From positions 14,430 through 78,429 of the forward strand of contig JBGCFO010000003.1 of assembly GCA_045106955.1 (NCBI GenBank): a DNA stretch of 64,000 bases. The letters are read 5' to 3'. Position numbers and translations under genes: made by a program. The notes beneath the pieces were generated by a model, which saw only the letters and a list, made by a program, of their open reading frames with translations, made no database searches and had not been told where the DNA came from. Each line of letters starts with the position of its first letter. The first letter of the stretch is position 1. This DNA is from Rickettsiaceae bacterium. Its GTDB lineage: Bacteria > Pseudomonadota > Alphaproteobacteria > Rickettsiales > Rickettsiaceae. This document shows positions 1-12,250 of this stretch, piece after piece.

Positions 1-303
<303 letters not shown>

Positions 304-324
304 TTACCTTTTATCTAAATCTTA

Positions 325-3300
325 TTAATTATTATTATCATCATCTGATTCAAACCTTAAATCCAATCCTAATGATAGCAATTCTTTCCACATCACATTA
401 AATGATTCTGGCACGCCATATTTTAATTCAGAATCTCCTCTTACAATATGCTCGTATAATTTAGTTCTACCAACAACATCGTCAGACTTAACTGTCAGCA
501 TTTCTTGCAAAGTATACGCTGCACCGTAAGCTTCTAGCGCCCAGGTTTCCATCTCGCCAAATCTCTGACCGCCAAAATAGGCTTTACCACCTAAAGGTTG
601 TTGAGTAACTAAACTATATGGACCGATAGAACGAGCATGTATTTTATCATCTACTAAATGGTGCAATTTTAAAAGATATTGGTAACCAATTGTAACTTTT
701 CTATCGAAATACTCTCCGGTTCTACCATCAATTAAACGAATTTGACCAGAATCGTCTTGACCAGCTAATTGCAGCATAGATTTAATATCATCAATTTTTG
801 CTCCATCAAAAACTGGAGTTGAAAAATATACGCCTTTCTTTAGATTTTTACATAATTCTAAAAATGCAATATCAGATAATTTAGTGATATTTTCACTCAT
901 TCCATCTTTAGATCCTGCGTAAATTTTATTTACAAATTCTCTTAATTCTTGAAGGTTTTCACCGTGATTATTATACTCATCTAGTAAATTATTAACCTTC
1001 CTTGTTAAATTAAATGAAGCATATCCCAAATGAGTTTCTAAGATTTGACCAACGTTCATACGAGAAGGAACGCCCAATGGATTTAAAATAACGTCTACTA
1101 CTGTACCATCTTCTAAAAATGGCATATCTTCTTCTGGAACTACTCTGGAAATCACGCCTTTATTACCGTGTCTTCCAGCCATCTTATCTCCCTGCTCTAA
1201 TTTACGCTTTGTTGCAACATAAACCTTGACCATTTGAAAAACTGCTGGAGGAAGATCATCTCCCGCTTGTATGGATTCTACCTTTTTAGTAAAACGATCA
1301 TCCATTAGTTTTTTCTTAGCAGTATAATGATCTTTAATTTGAATAATACGATCCATAGTCTCTATATCTTCTACTTCAATATCCCATATTTTATTATTAG
1401 GGATAGCTTTTAGTGTTTCATCGGTTAGAGATTCGCCAGATTTAACAAAATTATTAAGATTCTTAGATGCTTTTTGCTCTTTCAATAATTGACGAATACG
1501 TATACAGGCAAAATTTTCAATAATTGCCATTTCATCTTTCATATTCTGCATCAATTTTTCAATTTCTTGTTTCTCTATAGAAATAGAACGTTCATCTTTA
1601 TCTATACCTCTACGAGAAAAAACTGTAACGTCAATAACGACGCCGGAAACATCTGGAGGTACTCGCAATGATGTATCACGCACATCAGAAGCTTTTTCAC
1701 CAAAAATAGCGCGTAATAATTTTTCTTCTGATGTAACTGGCGATTCGCTCTTTGGAGTAACTTTGGCAACTAATACGTCCCCTTGCTCTACCCTAGAACC
1801 GATACAAACTATACCAGTTTCATCTAAATGTCTTAATTGCTCTTCGCTTACATTTGGTATATCGCGAGTAATTTCTTCTGGACCAAGCTTAGTATCGCGT
1901 GTAACAACTTCAAATTCTTCTATATGAATTGAAGTATATACATCGTCCTTCACTATTCTCTCTGAAATTACAATTGAATCTTCAAAATTATATCCATTCC
2001 AAGATAAAAATGAAACAAGCACATTAGCTCCTAATGCTATCTCTCCATTATCCGTACTAGATCCATCAGCAATAATATCTCCCTTATCAACATATTGACC
2101 AATTTTGACCATTGGTCTTTGATTAATACATGTATTGTGATTAGATTTTTGAAATTTCAATAAATTATATACATCAATATTTGGCACATCGCTATCATTT
2201 TCATCTGAAATACGTATAATAATACGCCTAGAATCTAGATATTCAACCACTCCAGAGTTTAAAGCTACAAGTGCAGCTCCAGAATCTTTTGCAACAATTT
2301 TTTCTACCCCAGTACCAACAAACGGAGCTTTACAACGAACTAATGGCACAGCTTGACGCTGCATATTTGAACCCATCAATGCTCGATTAGCATCATTATT
2401 CTCCAAAAATGGGATTAAAGACGCTGCAATTGAAACTACCTGCATAGGCGTAACATCAATAAAATGCACTTGAGATGGGGGTAGTAAAGCGAAGTTACCA
2501 TTTCCGATTCTGCAATTAATCATTGCATCTTGCAATTTACCAGATCTATCCATAGCAACATTGGCTTGTCCAACATTATATTTTTCTTCTTCTATCACAG
2601 ATAAATATACAACTTCATTTGTTACAATGCCATCAACTACTTTCCTATAAGGAGTTTCAATAAATCCATATTTATTAATTCTAGTATATGTCGCCATAGA
2701 ATTAATTAAACCAACATTACTACCTTCTGGAGTCTCAATAGGGCAAATCCTTCCATAATGAGTAGAGTGCACATCACGCACTTCAAAACCTGCACGATCA
2801 CGACTTAAACCACCAGGTCCTAATGCAGAAAGACGACGTTTATGAGTCACTTCTGATAAAGAATTAGTTTGATCCATAAATTGAGATAATTGGGATGATC
2901 CAAAAAATTCTTTCAATATAGATACAAGGGTCTTAAAATTCACTAAATCATTAGGCATTGCAGAATCGATATTTGTAGCAGACATTATCTCTGATGCTGT
3001 CCTAAATACCCTAATTAAACCAAGTTGAAATTGATTGTAAACCAACTCCCCTACTGACCTAATTCTTCTATTTCCTAAATGATCAATGTCATCAACCTGA
3101 GCATTCCCATCTTTAAGTTTTAAAAATTCTTTAACAATATATTTTATATCTTCTTGAGTTAAAGTGCATTGATTCTCTTCGTGCAAATCCAAGCCTAATT
3201 TAGCATTGATTTTGATACGTCCAACATTTGATAAATCATATCTTGCTGGATCAAAAAATGAATTATACAATAAAAATTTAGCTGCTTCTACTGTCGGCGG

Positions 3301-4443
3301 TTCTCCTGGGCGCAAAATTCTAAATATATCAACTAACGCTGAGTTTTGATCGGAATTTTTATCAAGAAATATTGTGTTTCTCATGTAAGCAACTTGCTGA
3401 GATTGAACATCCAACAACTTAATAGATTCAATTCCTAAAGTATTAATTAAATTTATTCTCTCCTCATTTAGCACATCGCCTATTTGCAATAATAATACAC
3501 CTTCATTATCAAATACATCCTGAGCCAAACATTGATCAATTAGTTGCATTGGATTAATAACAACATTCTTTAATCCTTGAGAAGCCAATTTTTTAGCTAT
3601 ACGAGTAGTAATTTTTTGCTTTTCTGATAACAGAACTTCTCCAGTCTCAGCATCAATTAAGTCGTATTTTAGCCTATTTGGAGTAATTTTTTCAGGATCA
3701 AAGGATACAATCCATTTATCATCTTTAATAAAATACTCTATAGAATCATAATAAAAAGAGAATATGTCATATTTCGACATACCAAGAGCATAAAGTAACG
3801 TCGTAGCGTATAATTTGCGTTTTCTATCAATTCTAAAATATACAATATCTTTTGCATCAAATTCAAAATCAAGCCAAGATCCTCTATAAGGTATTACTCG
3901 AGCAGAGTACAGCAATTTACCAGAGGAATGAGCCTTGCCATTATCATGATAAAAAAATACTCCAGGCGAACGGTGCATTTGAGATACAATCACCCTTTCT
4001 GTGCCATTAATAATAAATGTAGCATCATTAGTCATCAATGGTATATCACCTAAATATACTTCCTGTTCTTTAATGCCTTTTATTTCTTTTACTGATGTAT
4101 CTTCATCTACATCCCACACATTCAATCTTAAAGTAGCTTTTAAGGATGTAACATAACTCACCCCTCTCTTAATGCATTCTCTCACTTCATACTTAGGTTG
4201 ACTTAAAGTGTATCGTACAAATTCTAAACTTGCCATTCCAGATTGGTTATGTACAGGCAGAATAGAATTGAAAATTGACTGCAATCCGCTATCCTTACGC
4301 TCTCCATCTATAACGTCATATTGTAAAAATTGATTCATATAAGACTCAAGTTGCATATCTATCAAATTTGGTATCGATATAACTTGATCAATAGTTTGAA
4401 AACTTCTTCTAACTCGCTGTTTATAAAATAAAGGACGAACCAT
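325..4443 (-). CDS. rpoB: DNA-directed RNA polymerase subunit beta
   Basis: Full-length RpoB blocks are present ([59 protein letters not shown]). The ORF track begins at TTG 4470. The ATG at 4441-4443 (MVRPLFYK...) has GAGGG 5 nt upstream and fits usual RpoB starts, so the start is placed there. Confidence 0.95.
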   Translation of the reverse strand: MVRPLFYKQRVRRSFQTIDQVISIPNLIDMQLESYMNQFLQYDVIDGERKDSGLQSIFNSILPVHNQSGMASLEFVRYTLSQPKYEVRECIKRGVSYVTSLKATLRLNVWDVDEDTSVKEIKGIKEQEVYLGDIPLMTNDATFIINGTERVIVSQMHRSPGVFFYHDNGKAHSSGKLLYSARVIPYRGSWLDFEFDAKDIVYFRIDRKRKLYATTLLYALGMSKYDIFSFYYDSIEYFIKDDKWIVSFDPEKITPNRLKYDLIDAETGEVLLSEKQKITTRIAKKLASQGLKNVVINPMQLIDQCLAQDVFDNEGVLLLQIGDVLNEERINLINTLGIESIKLLDVQSQQVAYMRNTIFLDKNSDQNSALVDIFRILRPGEPPTVEAAKFLLYNSFFDPARYDLSNVGRIKINAKLGLDLHEENQCTLTQEDIKYIVKEFLKLKDGNAQVDDIDHLGNRRIRSVGELVYNQFQLGLIRVFRTASEIMSATNIDSAMPNDLVNFKTLVSILKEFFGSSQLSQFMDQTNSLSEVTHKRRLSALGPGGLSRDRAGFEVRDVHSTHYGRICPIETPEGSNVGLINSMATYTRINKYGFIETPYRKVVDGIVTNEVVYLSVIEEEKYNVGQANVAMDRSGKLQDAMINCRIGNGNFALLPPSQVHFIDVTPMQVVSIAASLIPFLENNDANRALMGSNMQRQAVPLVRCKAPFVGTGVEKIVAKDSGAALVALNSGVVEYLDSRRIIIRISDENDSDVPNIDVYNLLKFQKSNHNTCINQRPMVKIGQYVDKGDIIADGSSTDNGEIALGANVLVSFLSWNGYNFEDSIVISERIVKDDVYTSIHIEEFEVVTRDTKLGPEEITRDIPNVSEEQLRHLDETGIVCIGSRVEQGDVLVAKVTPKSESPVTSEEKLLRAIFGEKASDVRDTSLRVPPDVSGVVIDVTVFSRRGIDKDERSISIEKQEIEKLMQNMKDEMAIIENFACIRIRQLLKEQKASKNLNNFVKSGESLTDETLKAIPNNKIWDIEVEDIETMDRIIQIKDHYTAKKKLMDDRFTKKVESIQAGDDLPPAVFQMVKVYVATKRKLEQGDKMAGRHGNKGVISRVVPEEDMPFLEDGTVVDVILNPLGVPSRMNVGQILETHLGYASFNLTRKVNNLLDEYNNHGENLQELREFVNKIYAGSKDGMSENITKLSDIAFLELCKNLKKGVYFSTPVFDGAKIDDIKSMLQLAGQDDSGQIRLIDGRTGEYFDRKVTIGYQYLLKLHHLVDDKIHARSIGPYSLVTQQPLGGKAYFGGQRFGEMETWALEAYGAAYTLQEMLTVKSDDVVGRTKLYEHIVRGDSELKYGVPESFNVMWKELLSLGLDLRFESDDDNNN

Positions 4444-4925
4444 TAAACCCTCTCGTTTGCTAAATAACAAAATCTAAACTATACGTATATAAGCTGGTGT
4501 ACACGTCATATAATCTAAATTAATTGGTAATAATATGAAATTAAACATTTATATATACTAAATAAATGAACGGTGTTTGATATTATATTTACGCAACTGA
4601 TTCATCAAACTCAAATGATAAGCAAATAACTTACATCGTTCAATAAAACCATTTAGATACATAATATAACTCATATATAGATTAATTAGAATAAAAAAAG
4701 CAAAAGACCCAAGGTATTTTCTTAGAAAAGACAAACATCTAATTAATAGAACCGTTAAAAACACATAAGATTAGAATATATACGTACATATATAATACAA
4801 AACAAATAGAAATGAAAGAGAAAATAAACAAAAAATCAAGATTTATTTCAAAAAAATCTAAACACATATAATTACAACATATCTATACCAAATTTTACTA
4901 AAAATATATATTATATATTTATTAT

Positions 4926-6308
4926 TTATTTTACTTTAAAACGATCAGTTATAAGTAAAAAATACGTAAATAAACATACGTTAATTACAACTCCAATAAA
5001 AACGCCTCTCAAGCTAGTATTAAACATACTGCTTATACATAATTCCCATAATAAAAATCCAAGAAATCCACAAATACTACAAAACAGCATATTTTTTTTG
5101 CTAATAACTAAATCAAATACGGCAAAAATAAATGGCACAAGAGCGAAAGAACTCCAAAATCCAGACATGAAAATCACTAAATCTATTACACTATCGAATA
5201 AAAGAGCGACGTATATCGATGCACTACCAATTGCAACATTGATAATACGAGCTGTCATTAGTAACTTTTTTTGATTTTTCCACTTATAGATTCCATAAAA
5301 AATATCCTTTGCACAAGTAATGGAGATTATATTTAAATCAGAATCTGCAGTTGACATCACCGCTGCAAAAAATCCAACAATTACTAACCCTTTAATCCCT
5401 AATGGCATAATATTGTCTATTAATGATAATAGAGCAATTTCTTTAGGTTGATCTGGATAAAAATGAAAAGCAAGTAATCCATTTAGTGTAACTAAAATCA
5501 AAAATAATAAATATATAGCTGATTTAATGTATATTGCCTTTATTGTAAAAGATGGATTTTTATTGATTAATATCCTCTTTATAAATGTTGGTTGAATAGA
5601 GATAACTGCAAATCCTAAAGCAATAGATATAGTATCGCTTATTAAATTTTTATTATCAAAAATATTATATTGATTGTGATCAATACTAGATATAAATTTA
5701 TACAACCCCAAACTTTGTATTCCAACAATTGTAAGAACTGGTATCGCAATTGTTATTGCAAAAAATTGTAATAAATTTGTAAAAATAACAGATCTAAAAC
5801 CACCTACTGTAGTATAAATTACTAATATACTATAACTAATCACTGTGCATAAAATATAATCTATATTTAAGGCATATTGAAAAATTCTAGCACTTACACT
5901 AATTTGCGCAGCTAAAAACCCAATAGAAATACAAATAACAGAAACACCAGAAATAATTCTGCCAGATATTCCATAATATTTGGCCATGATGTCCCCTATA
6001 GTATCAGTGCCATAATATTTTGCTATTCTTGGCACAATATATATTGCCACCAAAATATCTACAGGTATGGTTAAAATTAACCCATAACTATAAGATAAAT
6101 TACCAACAAAAACTTTTTCTGCTAAACCAAATACAGTTCCACCGCCTATCGATGCAACAAAAATAGTAGCGATCAAGATTAGCAGATTATTTTGCGAACT
6201 ATCAAAAACATTAGAGTAATATTTAAAATTACTTGAATTAGACCTTGAATATAATCCAACGAATAGGACTAGTAATAAATAAATACATAAAATAAAAACG
6301 TCAATCAA
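4926..6308 (-). CDS. sodium:solute symporter family (SSF) membrane transporter
   Basis: 460 aa and polytopic. It has SSF-like blocks (GGGTVFGLAEKVF; AAVMSTADSDLNIISITCAKDIFY). The TTG start overlaps the ampG stop (TTGA). The substrate is not inferable. Confidence 0.6.
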   Translation of the reverse strand: MIDVFILCIYLLLVLFVGLYSRSNSSNFKYYSNVFDSSQNNLLILIATIFVASIGGGTVFGLAEKVFVGNLSYSYGLILTIPVDILVAIYIVPRIAKYYGTDTIGDIMAKYYGISGRIISGVSVICISIGFLAAQISVSARIFQYALNIDYILCTVISYSILVIYTTVGGFRSVIFTNLLQFFAITIAIPVLTIVGIQSLGLYKFISSIDHNQYNIFDNKNLISDTISIALGFAVISIQPTFIKRILINKNPSFTIKAIYIKSAIYLLFLILVTLNGLLAFHFYPDQPKEIALLSLIDNIMPLGIKGLVIVGFFAAVMSTADSDLNIISITCAKDIFYGIYKWKNQKKLLMTARIINVAIGSASIYVALLFDSVIDLVIFMSGFWSSFALVPFIFAVFDLVISKKNMLFCSICGFLGFLLWELCISSMFNTSLRGVFIGVVINVCLFTYFLLITDRFKVK

Positions 6309-7585
6309 TTGAGTATTTTTCTAACATAATTAATCAACAACAAAGCTGGTATAGTTATAACAATCATTAGTAAGAAAAAGCTATACCAACCAAAATTATG
6401 TACTACATAGCCAGAAACACTAGGAAAAATAGATCTAGATAATCCCATCATAGAAGAAAAAAATGAGTACTGAGTTGCTCTAAAAGCACCATAACATAAA
6501 GAAGAAATAAATGCGATATAAACAGCCATTGTCATACCTCCAGTAATTCCTTCCGATGCAATTACTATACACAACAACCATAATGTTTTACCATGAGCTT
6601 CTTGAAATAGAAATAAAATATGAGCTATAGCATGTAAAGATCCAAAGATTAATAATCCACGATAAATACTTAATCTTTTCATAGCTAAGCTTGCAATAAA
6701 ACTTCCTATGATAGCAGAGATAATTCCAAAAAATTTTCCAACAATTGCAATATCAAAAGAATCATAGCCAAGATGCAGTAGAAATGGCTGAATCATAATA
6801 CCAATAAAATTATCTGGTAATCTATATAGAATTAAAAATATTAAAATTACTGCAACATGCTTATATAAGCCAATATGAGCTATAATTTGTCTAAAAAACT
6901 TACTAAATACTAAATTATTTACTGCTGTATCAAAATATTTAGTTTTAGAACTTTTAAATGAATAAAATAATAAAATTGGAAAAAAACTAACAATTAATGC
7001 AAATAGTAAATATATTTTTTGAAATCCTATATAATTAGATAACATGATTGCTCCAGAGCTAGCGATTAACATGCCAACACGATATCCAAGCACGTAAAAT
7101 CCAGATACTCTTCCTTGATCACTTCTGTTAATGATTTCTGTTTTAAACCCACCTAAAATACTGTCTTGAGTCGAGCTGCAAAATGAAATAAATAATGCAA
7201 TAATGCCAAATACAAGAAGATTATGAGATGGGTTAACTATACTTAATAATAATATCAATACAATCATTAGAGAATGAATAACAACTAACCATGATAACCT
7301 ATGGCCAAAAATATCAGCTAATTTACCTAGATAGATTGTATCTAATATTGGAGCCCAAATAAAATTAATGGCGTATGGGATAGAAATAATTGCAAACACT
7401 CCAATAGTTCGAATATCTATCTGATCTATAGCTAACCAGTAATTCAATGTGCTACCTGTTATAACCAGAGTAAAACCGCTAATAAAACCAAATAAACAAA
7501 TAATAAATTCTGAATTATAATCTGTATTATTCTTAGGAATGTTACGAAATTTTTTTAAGCCTTGAAATATGTCGACCACCTTCAA
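6305..7585 (-). CDS. ampG: AmpG-family muropeptide MFS permease (paralog 1)
   Basis: 426 aa and about 12 TM segments, with the AmpG signature near the N-terminus (IPYAINFIWAPILD). The start is uncertain: only a TTG at 7585 is available, and it overlaps the rpiB 3' end by 44 nt. Confidence 0.8.
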   Translation of the reverse strand: MKVVDIFQGLKKFRNIPKNNTDYNSEFIICLFGFISGFTLVITGSTLNYWLAIDQIDIRTIGVFAIISIPYAINFIWAPILDTIYLGKLADIFGHRLSWLVVIHSLMIVLILLLSIVNPSHNLLVFGIIALFISFCSSTQDSILGGFKTEIINRSDQGRVSGFYVLGYRVGMLIASSGAIMLSNYIGFQKIYLLFALIVSFFPILLFYSFKSSKTKYFDTAVNNLVFSKFFRQIIAHIGLYKHVAVILIFLILYRLPDNFIGIMIQPFLLHLGYDSFDIAIVGKFFGIISAIIGSFIASLAMKRLSIYRGLLIFGSLHAIAHILFLFQEAHGKTLWLLCIVIASEGITGGMTMAVYIAFISSLCYGAFRATQYSFFSSMMGLSRSIFPSVSGYVVHNFGWYSFFLLMIVITIPALLLINYVRKILN

Positions 7586-7979
7586 ATTTTGTTGATAAGA
7601 AAGATTCCACGATTTTTATCGCAAGATCATTATTAACTAATTTCGATCCAAGAACCAATACATTCGCATTATTATGCAAGCGAGATTTTTTTGCCATGAA
7701 TTCGTCTGTGCACAAAGCTGCACGAATAGTAGATCTCCTGTTTGCTGCAATCGACATACCTATTCCTGTATCGCAAATCAAAATTCCTAAATCAGCTTCA
7801 TCATTTTCTATAACATCAACAACAAAATCAGCGTAATCTGGATAATCAACAGAATCTTTATTATTATGAACACCTAAATCTCTTACTGAGATTTCAAGGT
7901 CCATTATATATTTTACAATTTCTTTTTTTAATAGATAACCTCTATGGTCACTCGCAATGGCAATGTGGTGAGCCTTCAT
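7542..7979 (-). CDS. rpiB: ribose-5-phosphate isomerase B
   Basis: 145 aa with the RpiB/LacAB pattern: IAIASDHRGYLLK, GILICDTGIGMSIAANR, RAALC, HNNANVLVLG. Confidence 0.9.
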   Translation of the reverse strand: MKAHHIAIASDHRGYLLKKEIVKYIMDLEISVRDLGVHNNKDSVDYPDYADFVVDVIENDEADLGILICDTGIGMSIAANRRSTIRAALCTDEFMAKKSRLHNNANVLVLGSKLVNNDLAIKIVESFLSTKFEGGRHISRLKKIS

Positions 7980-8068
7980 CTTATGACAAAACTTGCTTTA
8001 AATTAATTGATAACAGATGTATTATATATTAATAATAATCCATATCATAATGAAAATTACTAAATTTT

Positions 8069-8956
8069 ATGAATAAACCAAACAAAATTAAACTTTGCTT
8101 AATTTACACATTATTAATCAATAATTTAACAGGTTGTATCCAGCAAGATCCAGCTCCAATTCATTACAATCATAATAAAATTTATAGTAGATCTGGCGTT
8201 AAAGAAACAGGATCAATATCAATTCAGAACAACTCAGATCGAGAAGATGATGCAGACATCATATCAAAGGAAATATTAGTGCAAGAAAATGATTTGCAGG
8301 TAAATACTGAATATTTAACAAATTCACAACCTAATGTAAATTTTGTACTCCCAAATGAATATCAAGATCAACAAATCGTATATCACGAAGTTATGTTTGG
8401 AGAAACATTAGATCAGATAGCGAAAAATTATAACACCACTATCTCAGCGATACTTATATTAAATGACATAGATAGCCCATCTGATATTCATGAATCACAA
8501 ATTATAAAAATTAAAACAACAAAAGATGTTATTAATCAATTAAATCAAAAAATTAACACAGATAATCAATTAAAACATATATCATTGATTAAGCCAGTCA
8601 ATGGTAATGTCGTATCGCGCTTTGGCGAAAAAATGCCTGACGGATCAATTAATAAAGGCATAAATATTTCGACTGATGAAGGATCTGATGTTGTATCGGT
8701 AATCAATGGAAAGGTAATGCATGCAGGTTATGATGAAAAATTTGGAAATATTGTCATAATAGAATCAAAGCAATATAATTTAGCTATTGCGTACGCACAT
8801 CTAGAAGAAAATCTTGTAAATGTAGGAAATATAGTTAAGCAAGACGAAGTCATTGGGTATGTTGGAAATACTGGTAACGTTAATTCTCCACAATTACATT
8901 TTGCCATTAGACAAAATAATGTTCCTATTGATCCTTTAAAACTGTTACCAAAATGA
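8069..8956 (+). CDS. nlpD: LysM-domain M23 peptidase lipoprotein (NlpD-like)
   Basis: Lipobox LTGC after a signal peptide. LysM segment (YHEVMFGETLDQIAKNYNTTISAILILNDI). C-terminal M23 motifs (GINISTDEGSDVVSV, YAHL, GNTGNVNSPQLHF). Confidence 0.85.
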   Translation: MNKPNKIKLCLIYTLLINNLTGCIQQDPAPIHYNHNKIYSRSGVKETGSISIQNNSDREDDADIISKEILVQENDLQVNTEYLTNSQPNVNFVLPNEYQDQQIVYHEVMFGETLDQIAKNYNTTISAILILNDIDSPSDIHESQIIKIKTTKDVINQLNQKINTDNQLKHISLIKPVNGNVVSRFGEKMPDGSINKGINISTDEGSDVVSVINGKVMHAGYDEKFGNIVIIESKQYNLAIAYAHLEENLVNVGNIVKQDEVIGYVGNTGNVNSPQLHFAIRQNNVPIDPLKLLPK

Positions 8957-8994
8957 TTGCTTGGCTATAGTGATATAACTAAATATATTTTATA

Positions 8995-9483
8995 ATGACT
9001 AACTATTTTAATCTATTAAATTTAAAACAAACATACTCAATAGATAAAGATGAATTAGAGAATAATTATCTAAAAATGCAGGCGAAATATCACCCAGATA
9101 ATATTAACTACCAGGAAGATAGACTAGAGTTTTTAGAAAAATCTAGTATTCTTAATAATGCTTATGAAATATTAAAAAATGATATTCAACGAGCAGAATA
9201 TCTCCTAAAACTTAATAATGTAAATGTAGAAAATGCATGCATATCAAAAAATATCGATTTGAATGAAATATACAAGCAATTTGAATTAATAGACAACACA
9301 AATAACTTGGAAGATTTAAAGAATATGTACGATAAAAAAATCCTTGTAAAGAATCAGTTAATTGCTAATATCAAAAACAGTTTGGATGATAAAAATGATA
9401 TTCAATCCGCATTAACGCATTTTGTTCATCTTAAATACATAAATAGGTTAATTAAAGCTATAAAAGGCAAAAATATAATATGA
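8995..9483 (+). CDS. hscB: Fe-S cluster co-chaperone HscB (J-domain)
   Basis: 162 aa with an N-terminal J-domain containing the HPD motif (YLKMQAKYHPD). It lies directly upstream of hscA and overlaps it by 4 nt. Confidence 0.85.
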   Translation: MTNYFNLLNLKQTYSIDKDELENNYLKMQAKYHPDNINYQEDRLEFLEKSSILNNAYEILKNDIQRAEYLLKLNNVNVENACISKNIDLNEIYKQFELIDNTNNLEDLKNMYDKKILVKNQLIANIKNSLDDKNDIQSALTHFVHLKYINRLIKAIKGKNII

Positions 9484-11315
9484 AAATATTTAATATTGCA
9501 GAACCAGATTCTCATAAAAACAAATCTATTGCAATTGGAATTGATTTTGGTACCACCAATTCTTTAGTGGCTTTTTCCGAAAATCGTTCGCCTAGAATTA
9601 TTCCAGACGATAATTCAAGAGGGTTAATTCCCTCTACTATTTCTTTTGAAAATAATCAAGTTTTGATTGGGAAAGATAGGTTTGAAAATGATCAAATAAT
9701 ACATTCAATAAAGCGTATATTAGGCAAATCTAAGGAAGAGCTTTTAAATTCCACTACAACAAATTTTATTCAAAAATATTTAGATAAAAATTCATCTAGG
9801 CCTTTGATAAATATTGGCGATAATAAATTTACCTCATCAGAGCTAGTTGCGCAAATCCTGTCATCATTAAAAAATCAAGCTGAAAGAGCCTTGAATAAAG
9901 AAATATCCGATGTTGTACTTACTGTACCAGCTTATTTTGATGATACAGCAAAAGGAGAGATAATGTTTGCTGCAAAAATTGCTCAACTTAATGTGTTACG
10001 CTTAATTTCAGAACCAACTGCTGCTGCTTATGCATACGGCATAGAAAAAAAAGCACATGCAACATACCTAGTGTTCGATCTTGGCGGTGGCACATTTGAT
10101 GTATCACTAATTAAGCTGAATCATGGAATTTTAAAAGTTATCGCTGCAAATGGTGATAATAATTTAGGAGGAAATGATATCGATTATTTAATCGCAAAGC
10201 ATTTATCAGAAAAACACAATATTCACGATATTAATTCTATTATATATATCGCAAAAACAATAAAACATGAACTAACATATCAAGACTCAGTAAGCATAAA
10301 ACATAATAATACTTTATTTTCCTTGGATAGAACAACATTATCTCAATTAATCGAGCCGATAATGCGATCTATGATTAATATAGTAAAAAATACCTTATCT
10401 ACATTAGAAAATGAACAAAAATTAGATGGAATCATTTTAGTGGGAGGTTCGACTCGTATGTTACTGATAAAAGAACGATTACAACAAGAATTTATGACAC
10501 AAATTTTATCTGATATTGATCCAGATAAAATAGTTGCGTTTGGAGCAGCGCTACAAGCTGAAAATTTAACTAAATCATCAGATCAATCAAAAGATATAAT
10601 TATAGATGCTCTTCCTCTATCTTTAGGAATAGAACTATATGGATCTATGGTAGAAAAGATTATTTTGCGCAATACATCAATCCCAATTTCTGTAAAAAAG
10701 GAATTTACAACATATGTTGATAATCAAAATGCTATAATGTTTCATATAGTTCAAGGAGAGCGTGAAATGGCCCAAGATTGCAGGTCTATAGCTAAATTTG
10801 AATTATCAAATCTTCCAAAAGCTAAAGCTGGTCAAATTAAAGTTGAAGTAATATTTTCAATTGACTCAGATGGTATCTTATCTGTTAGTGCATTCGAAAA
10901 AATTAGCGGCAATTCTCATACAATTGAAGTTAAGCCAACTTATGGTTTAAGCAAGGATGAAATAGATCAAATATTAGAAAAAGCTTACAGATACTCCAGA
11001 GCAGATCATGAGAGTCGATTATTATCCGAAGTAAAATTCAATGCAAATAAATTGATAAAATCAACGCAAGAAAATCAACATACTATTAAAGAAGTTATGA
11101 GCTCAGCAGAACGTCAGAAATTAAAGAATATGTTGCATAAATTAAATCTAGCAATACAAGAAGATGATTACGATAAAATTATATATAATACAGAATCGTT
11201 ATCTTCTTGGTATGAAAAATTTAGCGAAATTATGCTCAATCTAGCCATTTCAGACAAGTTAGAAGGTAAAAATATTGACAAAATACAAAATCAAATAAAT
11301 AGCATACGAAAATGA
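9480..11315 (+). CDS. hscA: Fe-S cluster chaperone HscA (Hsp70 family)
   Basis: 611 aa with Hsp70 motifs [19 protein letters not shown] and LVGGSTRM. It sits in the conserved hscB-hscA-fdx order. Confidence 0.9.
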   Translation: MKIFNIAEPDSHKNKSIAIGIDFGTTNSLVAFSENRSPRIIPDDNSRGLIPSTISFENNQVLIGKDRFENDQIIHSIKRILGKSKEELLNSTTTNFIQKYLDKNSSRPLINIGDNKFTSSELVAQILSSLKNQAERALNKEISDVVLTVPAYFDDTAKGEIMFAAKIAQLNVLRLISEPTAAAYAYGIEKKAHATYLVFDLGGGTFDVSLIKLNHGILKVIAANGDNNLGGNDIDYLIAKHLSEKHNIHDINSIIYIAKTIKHELTYQDSVSIKHNNTLFSLDRTTLSQLIEPIMRSMINIVKNTLSTLENEQKLDGIILVGGSTRMLLIKERLQQEFMTQILSDIDPDKIVAFGAALQAENLTKSSDQSKDIIIDALPLSLGIELYGSMVEKIILRNTSIPISVKKEFTTYVDNQNAIMFHIVQGEREMAQDCRSIAKFELSNLPKAKAGQIKVEVIFSIDSDGILSVSAFEKISGNSHTIEVKPTYGLSKDEIDQILEKAYRYSRADHESRLLSEVKFNANKLIKSTQENQHTIKEVMSSAERQKLKNMLHKLNLAIQEDDYDKIIYNTESLSSWYEKFSEIMLNLAISDKLEGKNIDKIQNQINSIRK

Positions 11316-11653
11316 ATATGAAGACAGTAAAAATCACTTTTATTTCAGATGGTAATCACGAGCAAGAAGTCGATGCTCCAATTGGATTATCCGTTTTAGA
11401 GGTAGCTCATGCTCATGATATTGATCTAGAAGGAGCTTGCGAAGGATCTCTAGCATGTGCAACATGTCATGTGATATTGGAAAAAGATTTTTATGAAACA
11501 CTAGAAGAACCATCTGAAGAAGAGGAAGATATGCTAGATTTAGCATTTGGATTAACCGAGACATCAAGACTTGGTTGTCAAATTATTATAGATGAAAATT
11601 GCCAGGGAAAAAAATTTCTCTTACCATCTGCAACGCGTAATATTAAAATATAG
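11312..11653 (+). CDS. fdx: 2Fe-2S ferredoxin, adrenodoxin type
   Basis: 113 aa with the cluster ligand pattern [12 protein letters not shown] ... LGCQI. An ATGA overlap joins it to the hscA stop. Confidence 0.9.
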   Translation: MNMKTVKITFISDGNHEQEVDAPIGLSVLEVAHAHDIDLEGACEGSLACATCHVILEKDFYETLEEPSEEEEDMLDLAFGLTETSRLGCQIIIDENCQGKKFLLPSATRNIKI

Positions 11654-11661
11654 GTATAAAA

Positions 11662-12243
11662 ATGAAAAATATTCAAGAAGTATTTAATGAAAAAACATGC
11701 TATGCATTTTCAGATAAAGCTGTAGATCTAAAATTACTACGTCGAATATATGACGTCATGAAGCTTGGTCCTACTTCAGCCAATTCTTGTCCCCTAAGGA
11801 TGGTATTTGTACATAGTAAAGAAGAAAAGGAGAAATTATATCAATGTCTTTCTCCTGGAAACATCGAAAAAACAAAATCTGCGCCCATTACTACGATTCT
11901 TGCCCACGATGATGAATTTTATAAAAAAATGACAAAATTATTTCCTCATTCAAGCGATTTAATGAATAAATTTGCTCAATCTAAAGAACTAGCGCACAAT
12001 ATAGCAATGCAAAATTCTTTATTACAAGCTGCGTATTTTATGATTACAGCTAGAGGATTTGGTTTGCAAATAGGGCCAATGGGAGGTTTTAATAAAGATG
12101 CGATAAATGAAAAATTCTTTAATGATGACTCAAATTGGCGTGTAAATTTTTTATGTAATTTAGGTTATGCCAAAAATCACGATAATGAAACTTCAACAAA
12201 AAGCCCAAGATTAGAATTTGATGAAACATGTAAAATAATATAA
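11662..12243 (+). CDS. nitroreductase-family NAD(P)H oxidoreductase (RutE/YdjA-like)
   Basis: 193 aa. The N-terminal RRIYDVMKLGPTSANSCPLR block and a C-terminal GPMGGF block are typical of the nitroreductase fold. Confidence 0.7.
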   Translation: MKNIQEVFNEKTCYAFSDKAVDLKLLRRIYDVMKLGPTSANSCPLRMVFVHSKEEKEKLYQCLSPGNIEKTKSAPITTILAHDDEFYKKMTKLFPHSSDLMNKFAQSKELAHNIAMQNSLLQAAYFMITARGFGLQIGPMGGFNKDAINEKFFNDDSNWRVNFLCNLGYAKNHDNETSTKSPRLEFDETCKII

Positions 12244-12250
12244 ATATATA

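Noticed and set aside
4558-4764. 68-aa ORF in the rpoB upstream spacer
   Set aside because: It has low-complexity, hydrophobic, AT-driven composition with no motif and no RBS. It is treated as non-coding.
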